38,084 nucleotides of DNA, taken from IMG/VR virus record IMGVR_UViG_3300048913_000099; one strand, written 5' to 3'. Positions 22,214 to 30,476 of the stretch are shown in pieces. Position 1 is the first letter of the stretch. Every line of letters starts with the position of its first letter. Source of the DNA: a virus. The notes beneath the pieces were generated by a model, which made no database searches, was not told the origin of the DNA, and worked only from the letters and a program-made list of their open reading frames with translations. A program made the position numbers and the translations under genes.

Positions 22214-22533
22214 CTGATCGTCTTACGGACCCGCTTGACCGTCTGGAGGCCAGCATCAGCGACCTCGCCGTCATGCTCCGGCCCGCCGGTAGCAGCAACT
22301 CGAACACCCTCCGAATTGAAGGCGCCGGTTCCATCTGGAACGGGATCGCCATTGGCGTGTCCATGGCTGGTGTCATCGCTGGCGCGGTCTGGATCGCCCA
22401 CGTCGCTACCAGCGTGGATGTCTCCGCACGGCAGGCCGAGGCCTACCACAAGGCGGTCTACATGCTGGCGCCGCGCTTCGCCGAAGAAATCGACAAAGAG
22501 CTTGAGCGCCAGAAGGAGCGCGAACCCAAATGA
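22210..22533 (+). CDS. Lysis-cassette membrane protein (107 aa, central TM)
   Basis: It overlaps the upstream stop. The TM segment is IWNGIAIGVSMAGVIAGAVWIA. Confidence 0.6.
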   Translation: MTDRLTDPLDRLEASISDLAVMLRPAGSSNSNTLRIEGAGSIWNGIAIGVSMAGVIAGAVWIAHVATSVDVSARQAEAYHKAVYMLAPRFAEEIDKELERQKEREPK

Positions 22534-22808
22534 GCAGCCCGACCCCGATCATTACCCCGCCGACCCGCCCGAAGCGCGTCAGCCTGCTGCCGCAGGGCCT
22601 TGCCCCCGTCGGCGCGACCCTGAAGCACTGGACCACCTGGCTGTGGGGCGTGCTGCTCGCCAGCCCGGACGGCCTGTATGCCGGAGCTGCCGCGCTGGGG
22701 ATGCTCGCCGACGAGGCCATGCCTGGCGCAATCACGACCTTCATCCGTGTGTTCGCGGGTGTGGGACTGGTCGCCAAGTTCATCAGCCAGAAGAAGCCGA
22801 ACGCCTGA
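22530..22808 (+). CDS. Putative holin (92 aa, two TM segments)
   Basis: LKHWTTWLWGVLLASP...ITTFIRVFAGVGLVAKFISQKK has a holin-like topology with a basic C-terminus. It lies directly upstream of the spanins. Confidence 0.55.
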   Translation: MSSPTPIITPPTRPKRVSLLPQGLAPVGATLKHWTTWLWGVLLASPDGLYAGAAALGMLADEAMPGAITTFIRVFAGVGLVAKFISQKKPNA

Positions 22809-22809
22809 A

Positions 22810-23277
22810 ATGAGCATTCTGTCCCGCGCCCTCATCGCGGTCGTTCTGGCCCTGAGCCTGCTCGCCATCTGGCAGCGTGGCTCGGTGGCCAACGCCAAGA
22901 GGGAGCGGGACAACGCGGTGGTGCTTCAGCAGACGGCCGAGATCGAACGAGACAACGCCAAGGCCATCACGGCCATTGAGCGCCAGAGGGTGGCACGGGC
23001 CGAACAGGTCGCCACCCAATTCGAACAGGAGAGTCAAGATGCGGAGCGCAAAGGGTCTGCTGTGGCCGCTGGGCTGCGCAATGGCAATCTCCAGCTGCAG
23101 CAGCGTTGGCAAGGTTGCGAGGCCGCCCGAGTGTCCGATCTTGGCGCCGGTATCGCCCAGCCTGATGGTGGAGCCGACGACCGAAGCGAAAGTGCGGGCC
23201 GAATTGTTCGCGCCGCCGCCCAGTGCGACGCCCAAGTCCGCGGCCTCCAGGCTCAAGTGAGGGCTGATCGTGAGTGA
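22810..23277 (+). CDS. i-spanin (Rz-like, 155 aa)
   Basis: It has the N-terminal TM ILSRALIAVVLALSLLAIW followed by a charged coiled coil, and it contains an embedded lipoprotein ORF. Confidence 0.75.
   Translation: MSILSRALIAVVLALSLLAIWQRGSVANAKRERDNAVVLQQTAEIERDNAKAITAIERQRVARAEQVATQFEQESQDAERKGSAVAAGLRNGNLQLQQRWQGCEAARVSDLGAGIAQPDGGADDRSESAGRIVRAAAQCDAQVRGLQAQVRADRE
23039..23260 (+). CDS. o-spanin (Rz1-like lipoprotein, 73 aa) embedded in the +1 frame of the i-spanin gene
   Basis: MRSAKGLLWPLGCAMAISS|C has the lipobox ISSC. The mature part is Pro-rich. GGAG lies upstream of the ATG at 23039. Confidence 0.7.
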   Translation: MRSAKGLLWPLGCAMAISSCSSVGKVARPPECPILAPVSPSLMVEPTTEAKVRAELFAPPPSATPKSAASRLK

Positions 23278-23656
23278 CATGGGGCGGGTGACCAAGTGCA
23301 TCGTATCGGCCTACAGCCGCGACCGCGTGCATTACGGGGCCATCTACGCGCCTGAGACTCGCCAGCTGCTGACTGACTTCAACGGCGCTCTGCCGGTCGG
23401 GGTGACGATCACCCGCGCCACGTGGAACACCCAGGACAACTACAACGCCCGCATGTCCACGCCAGTCGTGGATGGTCGCAAGGCCTCGATCATGCTGGCC
23501 GCCCAATACGACGGGTACTGCTGCATCCGCCTCGATGTGGAACTGAGCAATGGCGAGCGCTACTGCGTGTGGCACGTCATCCGTATCCAGCCAGCCCGTT
23601 ACGTGGTGAACGACAACTTCACCAATGGCCCACAACAACTGACCGCGGTTCCCTGA
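23270..23656 (+). CDS. Hypothetical protein (128 aa)
   Basis: It is an ORF-track entry with a GTG start preceded by GAGGG. It lies between the lysis and packaging genes. Confidence 0.55.
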   Translation: MSDMGRVTKCIVSAYSRDRVHYGAIYAPETRQLLTDFNGALPVGVTITRATWNTQDNYNARMSTPVVDGRKASIMLAAQYDGYCCIRLDVELSNGERYCVWHVIRIQPARYVVNDNFTNGPQQLTAVP

Positions 23657-23657
23657 T

Positions 23658-24056
23658 ATGGCACGTCCGACCGACTACAAGCCTGAATACTGCGAGCTGG
23701 TGATTGAGCTGGGCAAGCAGGGAAAGTCAGTCATCCAGATGGCCTGTGCCATCGACGTTGTGCGCCAAACGATGCATGACTGGTGCAAGGTCCACCCTGA
23801 GTTTCTGGATGCCTTTACGCGAGCCAAGCAGCTGAGCCAGGACTGGTGGGAGACTCAGGCCCAATGCGGGCTGACCGCCGACAAGTTCAACGCGCAGCTT
23901 TGGTCCCGGTCGATGGCCGCCCGCTTCCCTGACGACTATCAGGAGCGAAAGGGCGTCGAGTTGAGTGGGCCGGGCGGCGCGGACATCAAGACGACCACCC
24001 GCATTGAGTTGGTGGCGGCCACTGGGCATGTGTCGGATGACGACCGTCCAGATTGA
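23658..24056 (+). CDS. terS: Terminase small subunit
   Basis: MARPTDYKPEYCELVIELGKQGKSVIQMACAIDVVRQTMHDWCKVHPEFLDAFTRAK is the typical terS N-terminal HTH pattern. It lies directly upstream of terL. Confidence 0.8.
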   Translation: MARPTDYKPEYCELVIELGKQGKSVIQMACAIDVVRQTMHDWCKVHPEFLDAFTRAKQLSQDWWETQAQCGLTADKFNAQLWSRSMAARFPDDYQERKGVELSGPGGADIKTTTRIELVAATGHVSDDDRPD

Positions 24057-25335
24057 GCTACCGCCGAAGCTGATCCCGGTTTTCACGGGAGAGGCTGATT
24101 ACCGCGGAGCTTATGGTGGTCGTGGTTCAGCAAAGACCCGAAGCTTCGCATTGATGGTGGCTGTTCGAGCGCACATGTGGGCCCAAGAGGGCCGGTCTGG
24201 CGTGGTGGTAGGCGGCCGAGAGTTCATGAACTCGCTGGCTGACTCATCCATGGCCGAGATCAAAGGGGCGATCCTTTCGCAGCCTTGGCTGGCGCCTCAC
24301 TTCGATATCGGCGAGGAATACATCCGCACTGTGGACCGAAGGGTTGAGTTCGCCTTCATCGGCCTGCGCCGGAACCTGGACAGCATCAAGTCCAAGGCCC
24401 GCATCCTGCTGCTCTGGGTCGATGAGGCCGAGAACGTCAGCGAGACAGCCTGGGAGAAGGCCATCCCCACGGTGCGTGAGGAAGGCTCTGAGATTTGGGT
24501 GACGTGGAATCCCGAGCGGAAGGCCAGCGCCACCCACAAGCGATTCCGCGAGTCGGCTCCGGCAGGCAGCAAGATCGTTGAGCTCAACTGGCGTGACAAC
24601 CCGTTCTTCCCTGACTCCCTCAACCGCAAGCGGCTGGAGGACGAGGAGAAGCGCCCGGACAGCTATGAGCACATCTGGGAAGGCGGTTTCAAGACGGCGA
24701 TCAGCGGTGCGTACTACGCCAAGGCCTTGGCAGACGCCAAGCGGGCAGGACGCATCGGTGATCTGAGCATCGACCCGCTGATGACTGTGCGGGCCTATTG
24801 GGATATCGGCGGGACCGGCGCCAAGGCTGACGCCTGCGCTATCTGGATCGTGCAGTTCGTCGGCCAGGTAGTGCGGGTGTTGGACTACTACGAGGCAATC
24901 GGCCAAGAGCTGGCCGTTCACGTGAACTGGCTGAGGTCCTCGGGATACGAGCGTGCCCAGTGCGTTCTACCGCATGACGGCGCCAACCACGACAAGGTGT
25001 TCAAGGTCAGCTACGAGTCGGCCCTGAAGGCTGCTGGGTTCGACGTGCGGGTGATCCCGAATATGGGCGCAGGCGCTGCGATGAACCGCATCGAGGCCGC
25101 CCGTCGGTTGTTCCCGGCCATCTGGTTCAACGAGAAGCCCACCGAGCCTGGGCGCGATGCGCTGGGCTGGTATCACGAGAAGCGCGACGACCAACGGAAC
25201 ATTGGCTTCGGCCCGAACCACGACTGGGCCAGCCATGCCGCGGACGCCTTCGGGCTGATGGCGGTGGACCACGTTTCAGACAAGCACACGCCGGGTAAGC
25301 CGGTCCGCCTCAACTTCGCATCGGAATTCGCCTAA
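24037..25335 (+). CDS. terL: Terminase large subunit (about 432 aa)
   Basis: The Walker A region is YGGRGSAKTRSFA and the Walker B-like region is LLLWVDEAE. The start overlaps the terS end; ATG at 24028 is also possible. Confidence 0.9.
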   Translation: MTTVQIELPPKLIPVFTGEADYRGAYGGRGSAKTRSFALMVAVRAHMWAQEGRSGVVVGGREFMNSLADSSMAEIKGAILSQPWLAPHFDIGEEYIRTVDRRVEFAFIGLRRNLDSIKSKARILLLWVDEAENVSETAWEKAIPTVREEGSEIWVTWNPERKASATHKRFRESAPAGSKIVELNWRDNPFFPDSLNRKRLEDEEKRPDSYEHIWEGGFKTAISGAYYAKALADAKRAGRIGDLSIDPLMTVRAYWDIGGTGAKADACAIWIVQFVGQVVRVLDYYEAIGQELAVHVNWLRSSGYERAQCVLPHDGANHDKVFKVSYESALKAAGFDVRVIPNMGAGAAMNRIEAARRLFPAIWFNEKPTEPGRDALGWYHEKRDDQRNIGFGPNHDWASHAADAFGLMAVDHVSDKHTPGKPVRLNFASEFA

Positions 25336-27365
25336 TGGCTGAGTACAAGAACACGCCAGACGATCCGAACTACGCGACTGAGCGTTCGGGCGTGGACAAG
25401 GAAAAGCTCCACCAGGAGATGCTGGCTCGCCACCAGACGGCGCGCGATTACTGGCGGGTCGAGTACCAGAAGGCCGAGTGCGACATGGAGTTCGCCTTCC
25501 TCCCCGAGTCGCAGTGGGATGACTGGATGGCCACCACCCGTAAGGGTCGGCCGATGTACACGGTCAACAAGCTGCGCCAGGCCATGAAGCAGATTACCAA
25601 CGATCAGCGGCAGAACCGGCCTCAGGCCAAGGTTCGCGCGGTCGAGGACAGCGATGCAGACCTGGCTGAGATTCGTCAAGGCCTGATCCGCAACATTGAC
25701 CAGACCAGCGAAGCCGACCGAGCGCGCGATACCGCGTTCCAGTTCGCAGTCGGTGGGGGCTTCGGCGTGTGGCGCGTGAACTACGGCTACGAGGACGACG
25801 GCGGGTTCGACATGGTGATCAAGAAGGAGGAGATCGCCAATCCGTACTCGGTCGTATTCGATCCTGCAGCCAAGGCCAAGGACCGCCGCGATGCGCGCTA
25901 TGCCTTCGTGGACAGCAGCTGGGCGCGATCAGCGTTCCGCGCCCAGTGGCCGGAAGCCAAGTTGGTATCGGTCAGCGATTGTGATGAGTCGATGCGGGGC
26001 TGGTTCCAAGAAGAGGAGATCACCGTCTCCGAGTATTGGTACAAGACCAAAGAGACCTACACCCTCGTGCTGATGTCGGATGGCGCCTCTTATGACGAGG
26101 CCGAGATCGCCGACGTCATTGACGAAATGGCTGCTGCCGGTGTCACGATCCAGCGCCGCCGCAGGGCAGAGCGCGAGAAGGTATGGCAGTGCGTCGTGTC
26201 GGGGGCTGAAATCCTCGATGGTCCGAACGAGTGGGCGGGTCGTTTCATCCCGCTCATCCCGGTCTGGGGCGAAATCCTGGACTTGAAGGGTAAAGAGATG
26301 TTCTTCGGCGCGGTCCGCTTCGGCAAGGACGCCCAGCGGATGTACAACTACGAGCGGTCAACCTTCATCGAGGTGCTGGCCGACCAGCCCTACAGCCCGT
26401 TCATGGCCCCAGCAGAATCTATCGCCGGGTACGAGGCGCAGTGGAATGGCCTCAAGACCAATCGACCGCCTGTCCTGCTGTACAAGGCCGATCCTTCGCT
26501 GCCGAACTCAGGTAAGCCCTCCCGCGAGCCAACCGCGCAGTTCCCCGCGGCGCTTGCTCAGGCAGCTGCGATCTCCAGCGACGACATCAAGGCCGCAACC
26601 GGCATCTATGACGCCAGCCTTGGCCAGCGGTCCAACGAAACCAGCGGCCGGGCCATCCTGGCTCGCCAGCGAGAGGGCGATGTAGCCAACTTCGATTACA
26701 TCGACAACCTGTCGTACGCGATGAAGTACGACTTTGAGGTCACCAACGACCTGATCTCGAAGATTTACGACACCGAGCGTCAGATTCGCATCATTGGCGA
26801 GGATGGAGCCGAGAAGGTCATCCGAGTCAACCAGGTCATCCTCGATCAGCAGACGGGCCAAGAGGTCACGCTGAACGATCTCTCCCGCGGCCGCTTCGAT
26901 ATCGCTGTGACAGTGGGGCCGAGCTACACCACGCAGCGGATGGAGGCGGCCGAGGCAATGATGCAGCTGGCCAACGATCCATCTCCCATCGGCATGGTGG
27001 CCAAGTACGGCTTCATCAAGTCTCTGGACGCGCCCGGCCTGGAAGAGGTCCGCAAGGCAGCTCGCAAGATTCTTGTACAGGGCGGCCTGCTGGAGCCGGA
27101 AGAGGGCGAACAGCCTCCGCAGCAGCAGCCGGACCCGGCGCAGATCGCGCAGGCGGAGAAGAACTCTGCGGATGCTGAAAAGGCAAAGGCTCAGTCGGTC
27201 AGCTACATGGCATCCGCTCAGAAGGATTCGGCCCAGGCCGACTCGATACAGCTGGACAACCTGACCAAGGAGCAGCAGCTCCGAATACAGCAGATGACCG
27301 AAACATTCCTGACCGAGAACATCGGCAGACAAGGGGCCCCACTGGGGCCCTTTTCTTTTCAGTGA
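25335..27365 (+). CDS. Portal protein (P22-like, 676 aa)
   Basis: Its size and its position after terL fit a portal. The N-terminal motif is ..SQWDDWMATTRKGRPMYTVNKLRQAMKQITNDQRQNRPQAKVRAV.. and the C-terminus is a Q/E-rich helical barrel. Confidence 0.85.
   Translation: MAEYKNTPDDPNYATERSGVDKEKLHQEMLARHQTARDYWRVEYQKAECDMEFAFLPESQWDDWMATTRKGRPMYTVNKLRQAMKQITNDQRQNRPQAKVRAVEDSDADLAEIRQGLIRNIDQTSEADRARDTAFQFAVGGGFGVWRVNYGYEDDGGFDMVIKKEEIANPYSVVFDPAAKAKDRRDARYAFVDSSWARSAFRAQWPEAKLVSVSDCDESMRGWFQEEEITVSEYWYKTKETYTLVLMSDGASYDEAEIADVIDEMAAAGVTIQRRRRAEREKVWQCVVSGAEILDGPNEWAGRFIPLIPVWGEILDLKGKEMFFGAVRFGKDAQRMYNYERSTFIEVLADQPYSPFMAPAESIAGYEAQWNGLKTNRPPVLLYKADPSLPNSGKPSREPTAQFPAALAQAAAISSDDIKAATGIYDASLGQRSNETSGRAILARQREGDVANFDYIDNLSYAMKYDFEVTNDLISKIYDTERQIRIIGEDGAEKVIRVNQVILDQQTGQEVTLNDLSRGRFDIAVTVGPSYTTQRMEAAEAMMQLANDPSPIGMVAKYGFIKSLDAPGLEEVRKAARKILVQGGLLEPEEGEQPPQQQPDPAQIAQAEKNSADAEKAKAQSVSYMASAQKDSAQADSIQLDNLTKEQQLRIQQMTETFLTENIGRQGAPLGPFSFQ
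27334..27359 (+). terminator. Intrinsic-terminator-like hairpin embedded in the last codons of the portal gene
   Basis: GGGCCCC-ACT-GGGGCCC forms a 7-bp all-GC stem (27334-27350), followed by TTTTCTTTT. The stop codon is at 27363-27365. Confidence 0.5.
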
Positions 27366-27414
27366 TTCACCTTACCGGTGAGGTTCACCGGGCCAATACC
27401 GCCTAGGGGCGCAC

Positions 27415-28299
27415 ATGAACGATGAAGTGACCAAGCCGCAGCCGGTGGACAACAGCCACCTGGATGCGGGCATTGCCGCGCGAAACGTCAAGGCTGAATC
27501 GGACAAGCCGGTGGAGAAGGAGACCACCACCAGTGTTGCCGATGAAGTCGAAGACGAGGAGCAGAACGAAACCGAAGGTTCGGCAGCTTCGGAAGCGGAA
27601 GATGCGGCCGCCCAAAAGCCCAAGAACAAGGGCGTGGGAAAGCGCATCGATGAACTGACGCGTGAGAAGTACGACGCGCAGCGTGAGCGGGACTACTGGC
27701 GGGAACAGGCGCAGCGGAATCTGCCTGAGCCGCCTAAGGAAGCCCAGAAGCAGGCTGCACCCAGTGATGAGCCGAAGTTGGAAGATTTCGGCTACGACAT
27801 CCCTGAGTACAACCGGGCTTGGTACGCCTGGCAGAAAGGCCAGGAAACGAAGGCTCAGGAAGAGAGCAAGAAGGTCGAGGCTCAGCGTGAGCGTCAGCGC
27901 AAGTTCCAGGAAAGCGCCGCCGCCTTTGCTGAGGCAACGCCGGACTTCCACGAGGTCGTCACCAATCCCAGCCTGCCCATGACCGACCAGATGGTCGAGG
28001 TGATCAGCGAGTCGGACAACCCGGCTGAAGTTGCCTATTACCTGGGCAAGAACCCGCAGGAAGCCGAGAAGATCGCAGGGATGTCCCCGGCCGGTATCGG
28101 TCGGGCCATCGGGCGTATCGAGGCCACGCTGACGGCGGAACCGCCGCGTCAGATCACCCCCAAAACCGTGACCAAAGCCCCGCCCCCGGTGACAACCGTG
28201 TCCGGGTCGCCCGCGGCCGTCAAATCCTACGATGACATGTCGATGGAAGAGTACGACGCAGCGCGACGCAAAGAACGTCGGTCCCAGGGGCTTCGATAA
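27415..28299 (+). CDS. Scaffolding protein (294 aa)
   Basis: It lies between the portal and coat genes and has acidic, E/K/Q-rich helical composition. Confidence 0.75.
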   Translation: MNDEVTKPQPVDNSHLDAGIAARNVKAESDKPVEKETTTSVADEVEDEEQNETEGSAASEAEDAAAQKPKNKGVGKRIDELTREKYDAQRERDYWREQAQRNLPEPPKEAQKQAAPSDEPKLEDFGYDIPEYNRAWYAWQKGQETKAQEESKKVEAQRERQRKFQESAAAFAEATPDFHEVVTNPSLPMTDQMVEVISESDNPAEVAYYLGKNPQEAEKIAGMSPAGIGRAIGRIEATLTAEPPRQITPKTVTKAPPPVTTVSGSPAAVKSYDDMSMEEYDAARRKERRSQGLR

Positions 28300-28311
28300 G
28301 GAGACCCTCCC

Positions 28312-29502
28312 GTGGCAAATCAGTTCCTCAATACCCAGAAGATCACTCGCGAGATCCTGTCGGTCCTGCGCCAGAAGCTCACCTTCCTGCGCAAGATCAA
28401 CATGGAGTACAAGAGCGAGTTCGCCGTCACCGGTGCCAAGATCGGTGACACCGTCAACATCCGCGTTCCCACCCACGCCAAAATCCGCACCGGCCGCATC
28501 ATGGATGCGTCGAACATGGTCGATAAGACCGTGCCGCTGACCATCTCGGACCAGACCGGCGTCGATCTGGTGTGGAACTCGTCGGACATGGCCCTGAAGA
28601 TCGATGACTTCAGCGCCCGATACCTCGACCAGCCCATCGCTGATCTGGCCTCGCGCATCGAGCAGATGGTCCTGCAGCGTGCTCTTCCGTACGCGGCCAA
28701 CTTCGTGCCCAACGCTGACGGCAAGCTGGACTTCGTTGAAGCCCTGCGCGCCAACAAGGTCCTGACCGACAACCTGGCCCCGACGCGCCGTTTCATGGTC
28801 ACCAACACCAGCGGTACGGTGCAGGTGGTCGATCAGCTGAAGGGCTTCTTCAACGCCCAGGATCGACTGGCCGAGCAGTACGAAGATGGCCTGATGGCCC
28901 GCGCGGCTGGCTTCGACTGGTTCGAAACCACCAACATGCCCGCTCAGTCCTACGGCACCTCCGCGATCCCGGGTGCGTACCTGATCAACGGTGCCAACCA
29001 GACCGGCAGCTCCATCGCTGTGGATGGCGGCACGGGCACCCTGGTGGCAGGCCAGCACGTCACCTTCGCAGGTGTCTTCGCGGTCAACCCGGCTACCAAG
29101 GTGTCCACGGGCGTCCTGCAGACCTTCGTTGTCACTGCCAACTACGCAGGCGGCAACGGCAATATCCAGGTCGCCCCGGCCATCGTCACCAGCGGTCCGG
29201 AGCAGAACGTCACCACTTCGCCGGCCGACAACGCGGTGATCGTGGTCCTGGGTGCCACCGGCCAGACGGGCGTCAACCTGGGCTTCGCGCGCGACTTCCT
29301 CACCTTCGCCACGGTCGATCTGCCGTTGCCGGAGAACAAGGAAGCCAGCCGGATGCAGTTCGATGGGCTGTCCCTGCGCATGATCCGCGACTACGACACC
29401 GTCAACGATCAGTTCCTGAACCGCGTGGACATCCTGTGGGGTTCGGCGGTCCTGCGCCCCGAGTTCGGCGTGGTCATCCCGAACGATCCCACCAACTTCT
29501 AA
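28312..29502 (+). CDS. Major capsid protein (P22 coat-like, 396 aa, GTG start)
   Basis: AAGGAG lies upstream. MANQFLNTQKITREILSVLRQKLTFLRKINMEYKSEFAVTGAKIGDTVNIRVP matches the pattern of P22-coat-family proteins in high-GC phages. Its position fits. Confidence 0.85.
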   Translation: MANQFLNTQKITREILSVLRQKLTFLRKINMEYKSEFAVTGAKIGDTVNIRVPTHAKIRTGRIMDASNMVDKTVPLTISDQTGVDLVWNSSDMALKIDDFSARYLDQPIADLASRIEQMVLQRALPYAANFVPNADGKLDFVEALRANKVLTDNLAPTRRFMVTNTSGTVQVVDQLKGFFNAQDRLAEQYEDGLMARAAGFDWFETTNMPAQSYGTSAIPGAYLINGANQTGSSIAVDGGTGTLVAGQHVTFAGVFAVNPATKVSTGVLQTFVVTANYAGGNGNIQVAPAIVTSGPEQNVTTSPADNAVIVVLGATGQTGVNLGFARDFLTFATVDLPLPENKEASRMQFDGLSLRMIRDYDTVNDQFLNRVDILWGSAVLRPEFGVVIPNDPTNF

Positions 29503-29514
29503 GGAGAACGATTC

Positions 29515-29718
29515 ATGGCACTTCCGTCCGATACCGTCGCTGCGGCGGCTACCGAAACCCCGGATGGCACCTTGGTCGGCCGCAATGCCGACTCCAAGGT
29601 GGGCTTCTACGGCGCTACGCCGACTGCCCAGCCTGCCGCACTGAGTCTGGCGACGGTCACCGCCGCCCAGCTCGCAACCGCTCTGGCCGCCGTTGGCCTG
29701 ATCAAGACCACCGCCTGA
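29515..29718 (+). CDS. Small head-associated hypothetical protein (67 aa)
   Basis: AAGGAGA lies upstream. The gene is immediately after the coat gene and the protein is Ala/Thr-rich. Confidence 0.6.
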   Translation: MALPSDTVAAAATETPDGTLVGRNADSKVGFYGATPTAQPAALSLATVTAAQLATALAAVGLIKTTA

Positions 29719-29728
29719 GGAGGCTGAC

Positions 29729-30004
29729 ATGGCCGATTACAAGCACGCCAAGTACCTGCACAAGGACGGCGAGGTGAAGTTGTTCCCGGGCGACGAGGTC
29801 GAGGATGCGCTGGCCTCCGGCTGGGAGTATCCGAAATTCCCGCGCTCCAACGGCGAAGAGTGGAACCCGGAGGTTCCGGAGGATGAGGTCTCTGCCGCTG
29901 ATGCGGCGGCCGAAGTCCTGAAGGCCAACCGCGCTCGCCAGGAGAAGCTGGACGCCAAGGAAGCCAAGGCCGAGCAGGCCAAGGCCGAGAAGCCGAAGAA
30001 GTAA
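29729..30004 (+). CDS. Hypothetical protein (91 aa, acidic then K/A/E-rich tail)
   Basis: GAGGAGG lies upstream, and the gene is followed by a strong terminator. Confidence 0.6.
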   Translation: MADYKHAKYLHKDGEVKLFPGDEVEDALASGWEYPKFPRSNGEEWNPEVPEDEVSAADAAAEVLKANRARQEKLDAKEAKAEQAKAEKPKK

Positions 30005-30026
30005 CAGCAACAGCTCGTCAGTGATC

Positions 30027-30057
30027 AGGGGCGGCCTTCGGGTCGCCCCTTCTTTTT
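30027..30057 (+). terminator. Rho-independent terminator after the head gene block
   Basis: AGGGGCGGCC-TTCG-GGTCGCCCCT forms a 10-bp stem followed by TCTTTTT. Confidence 0.75.
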
Positions 30058-30068
30058 GAGGGAAGGGC

Positions 30069-30476
30069 ATGACAAAGGTCGCAGAAATCGTAGTCGGCGC
30101 CCTTGGGCTGCTACGCGTTGTCAGTGCCACCGAGGCTCCGGAGGCCGAAGACGCGAAGACGGCGATTGATTCCCTCAACCGCATGATGGCGCGCTGGGAG
30201 GCCAACGGTTACTCGGTCGGCTGGTCGCCTGTGGACAACCCTGACGATGACATGCCGACGCCGGTCGAGACCGACGAGGCGATCATGTACAACCTGGCTG
30301 TTCGTCTGCGCCCTTTCTACGGCGTGACGCTCGATCCAGACGTATTCAATGAAGCACGGCGGTTGAAGTCCGACGTGCTGGCTGACGTGTTCTCGTCCAG
30401 CCCGATGAGCATGGAGCCGGGTCTGCCCGGGTTCCGTTGCCGTTACAACATTCGCAGCGACGGGTACGACCGCTAA
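30069..30476 (+). CDS. P22 gp4-like head-to-tail adaptor (135 aa)
   Basis: IVVGALGLLRVVSATEAPEAEDAKTAIDSLNRMMARWEANG parallels my recollection of the P22 gp4 N-terminus (..ALRKLGV...DLEAMMAEW..). It lies upstream of the gp10 homologue. Confidence 0.65.
   Translation: MTKVAEIVVGALGLLRVVSATEAPEAEDAKTAIDSLNRMMARWEANGYSVGWSPVDNPDDDMPTPVETDEAIMYNLAVRLRPFYGVTLDPDVFNEARRLKSDVLADVFSSSPMSMEPGLPGFRCRYNIRSDGYDR

Noticed and set aside
27403-29730. A 775-aa minus-strand ORF antisense to the scaffold and coat genes. Similar long antisense ORFs occur at 35073-36368, 17712-18875, 22967-23638, 26508-27332 and 499-1341.
   Set aside because: These are typical high-GC antisense shadow ORFs. Their translations are Arg/Gly/Pro/His-rich nonsense, and they lie opposite genes with strong homology-type motifs and correct GC3 phase.
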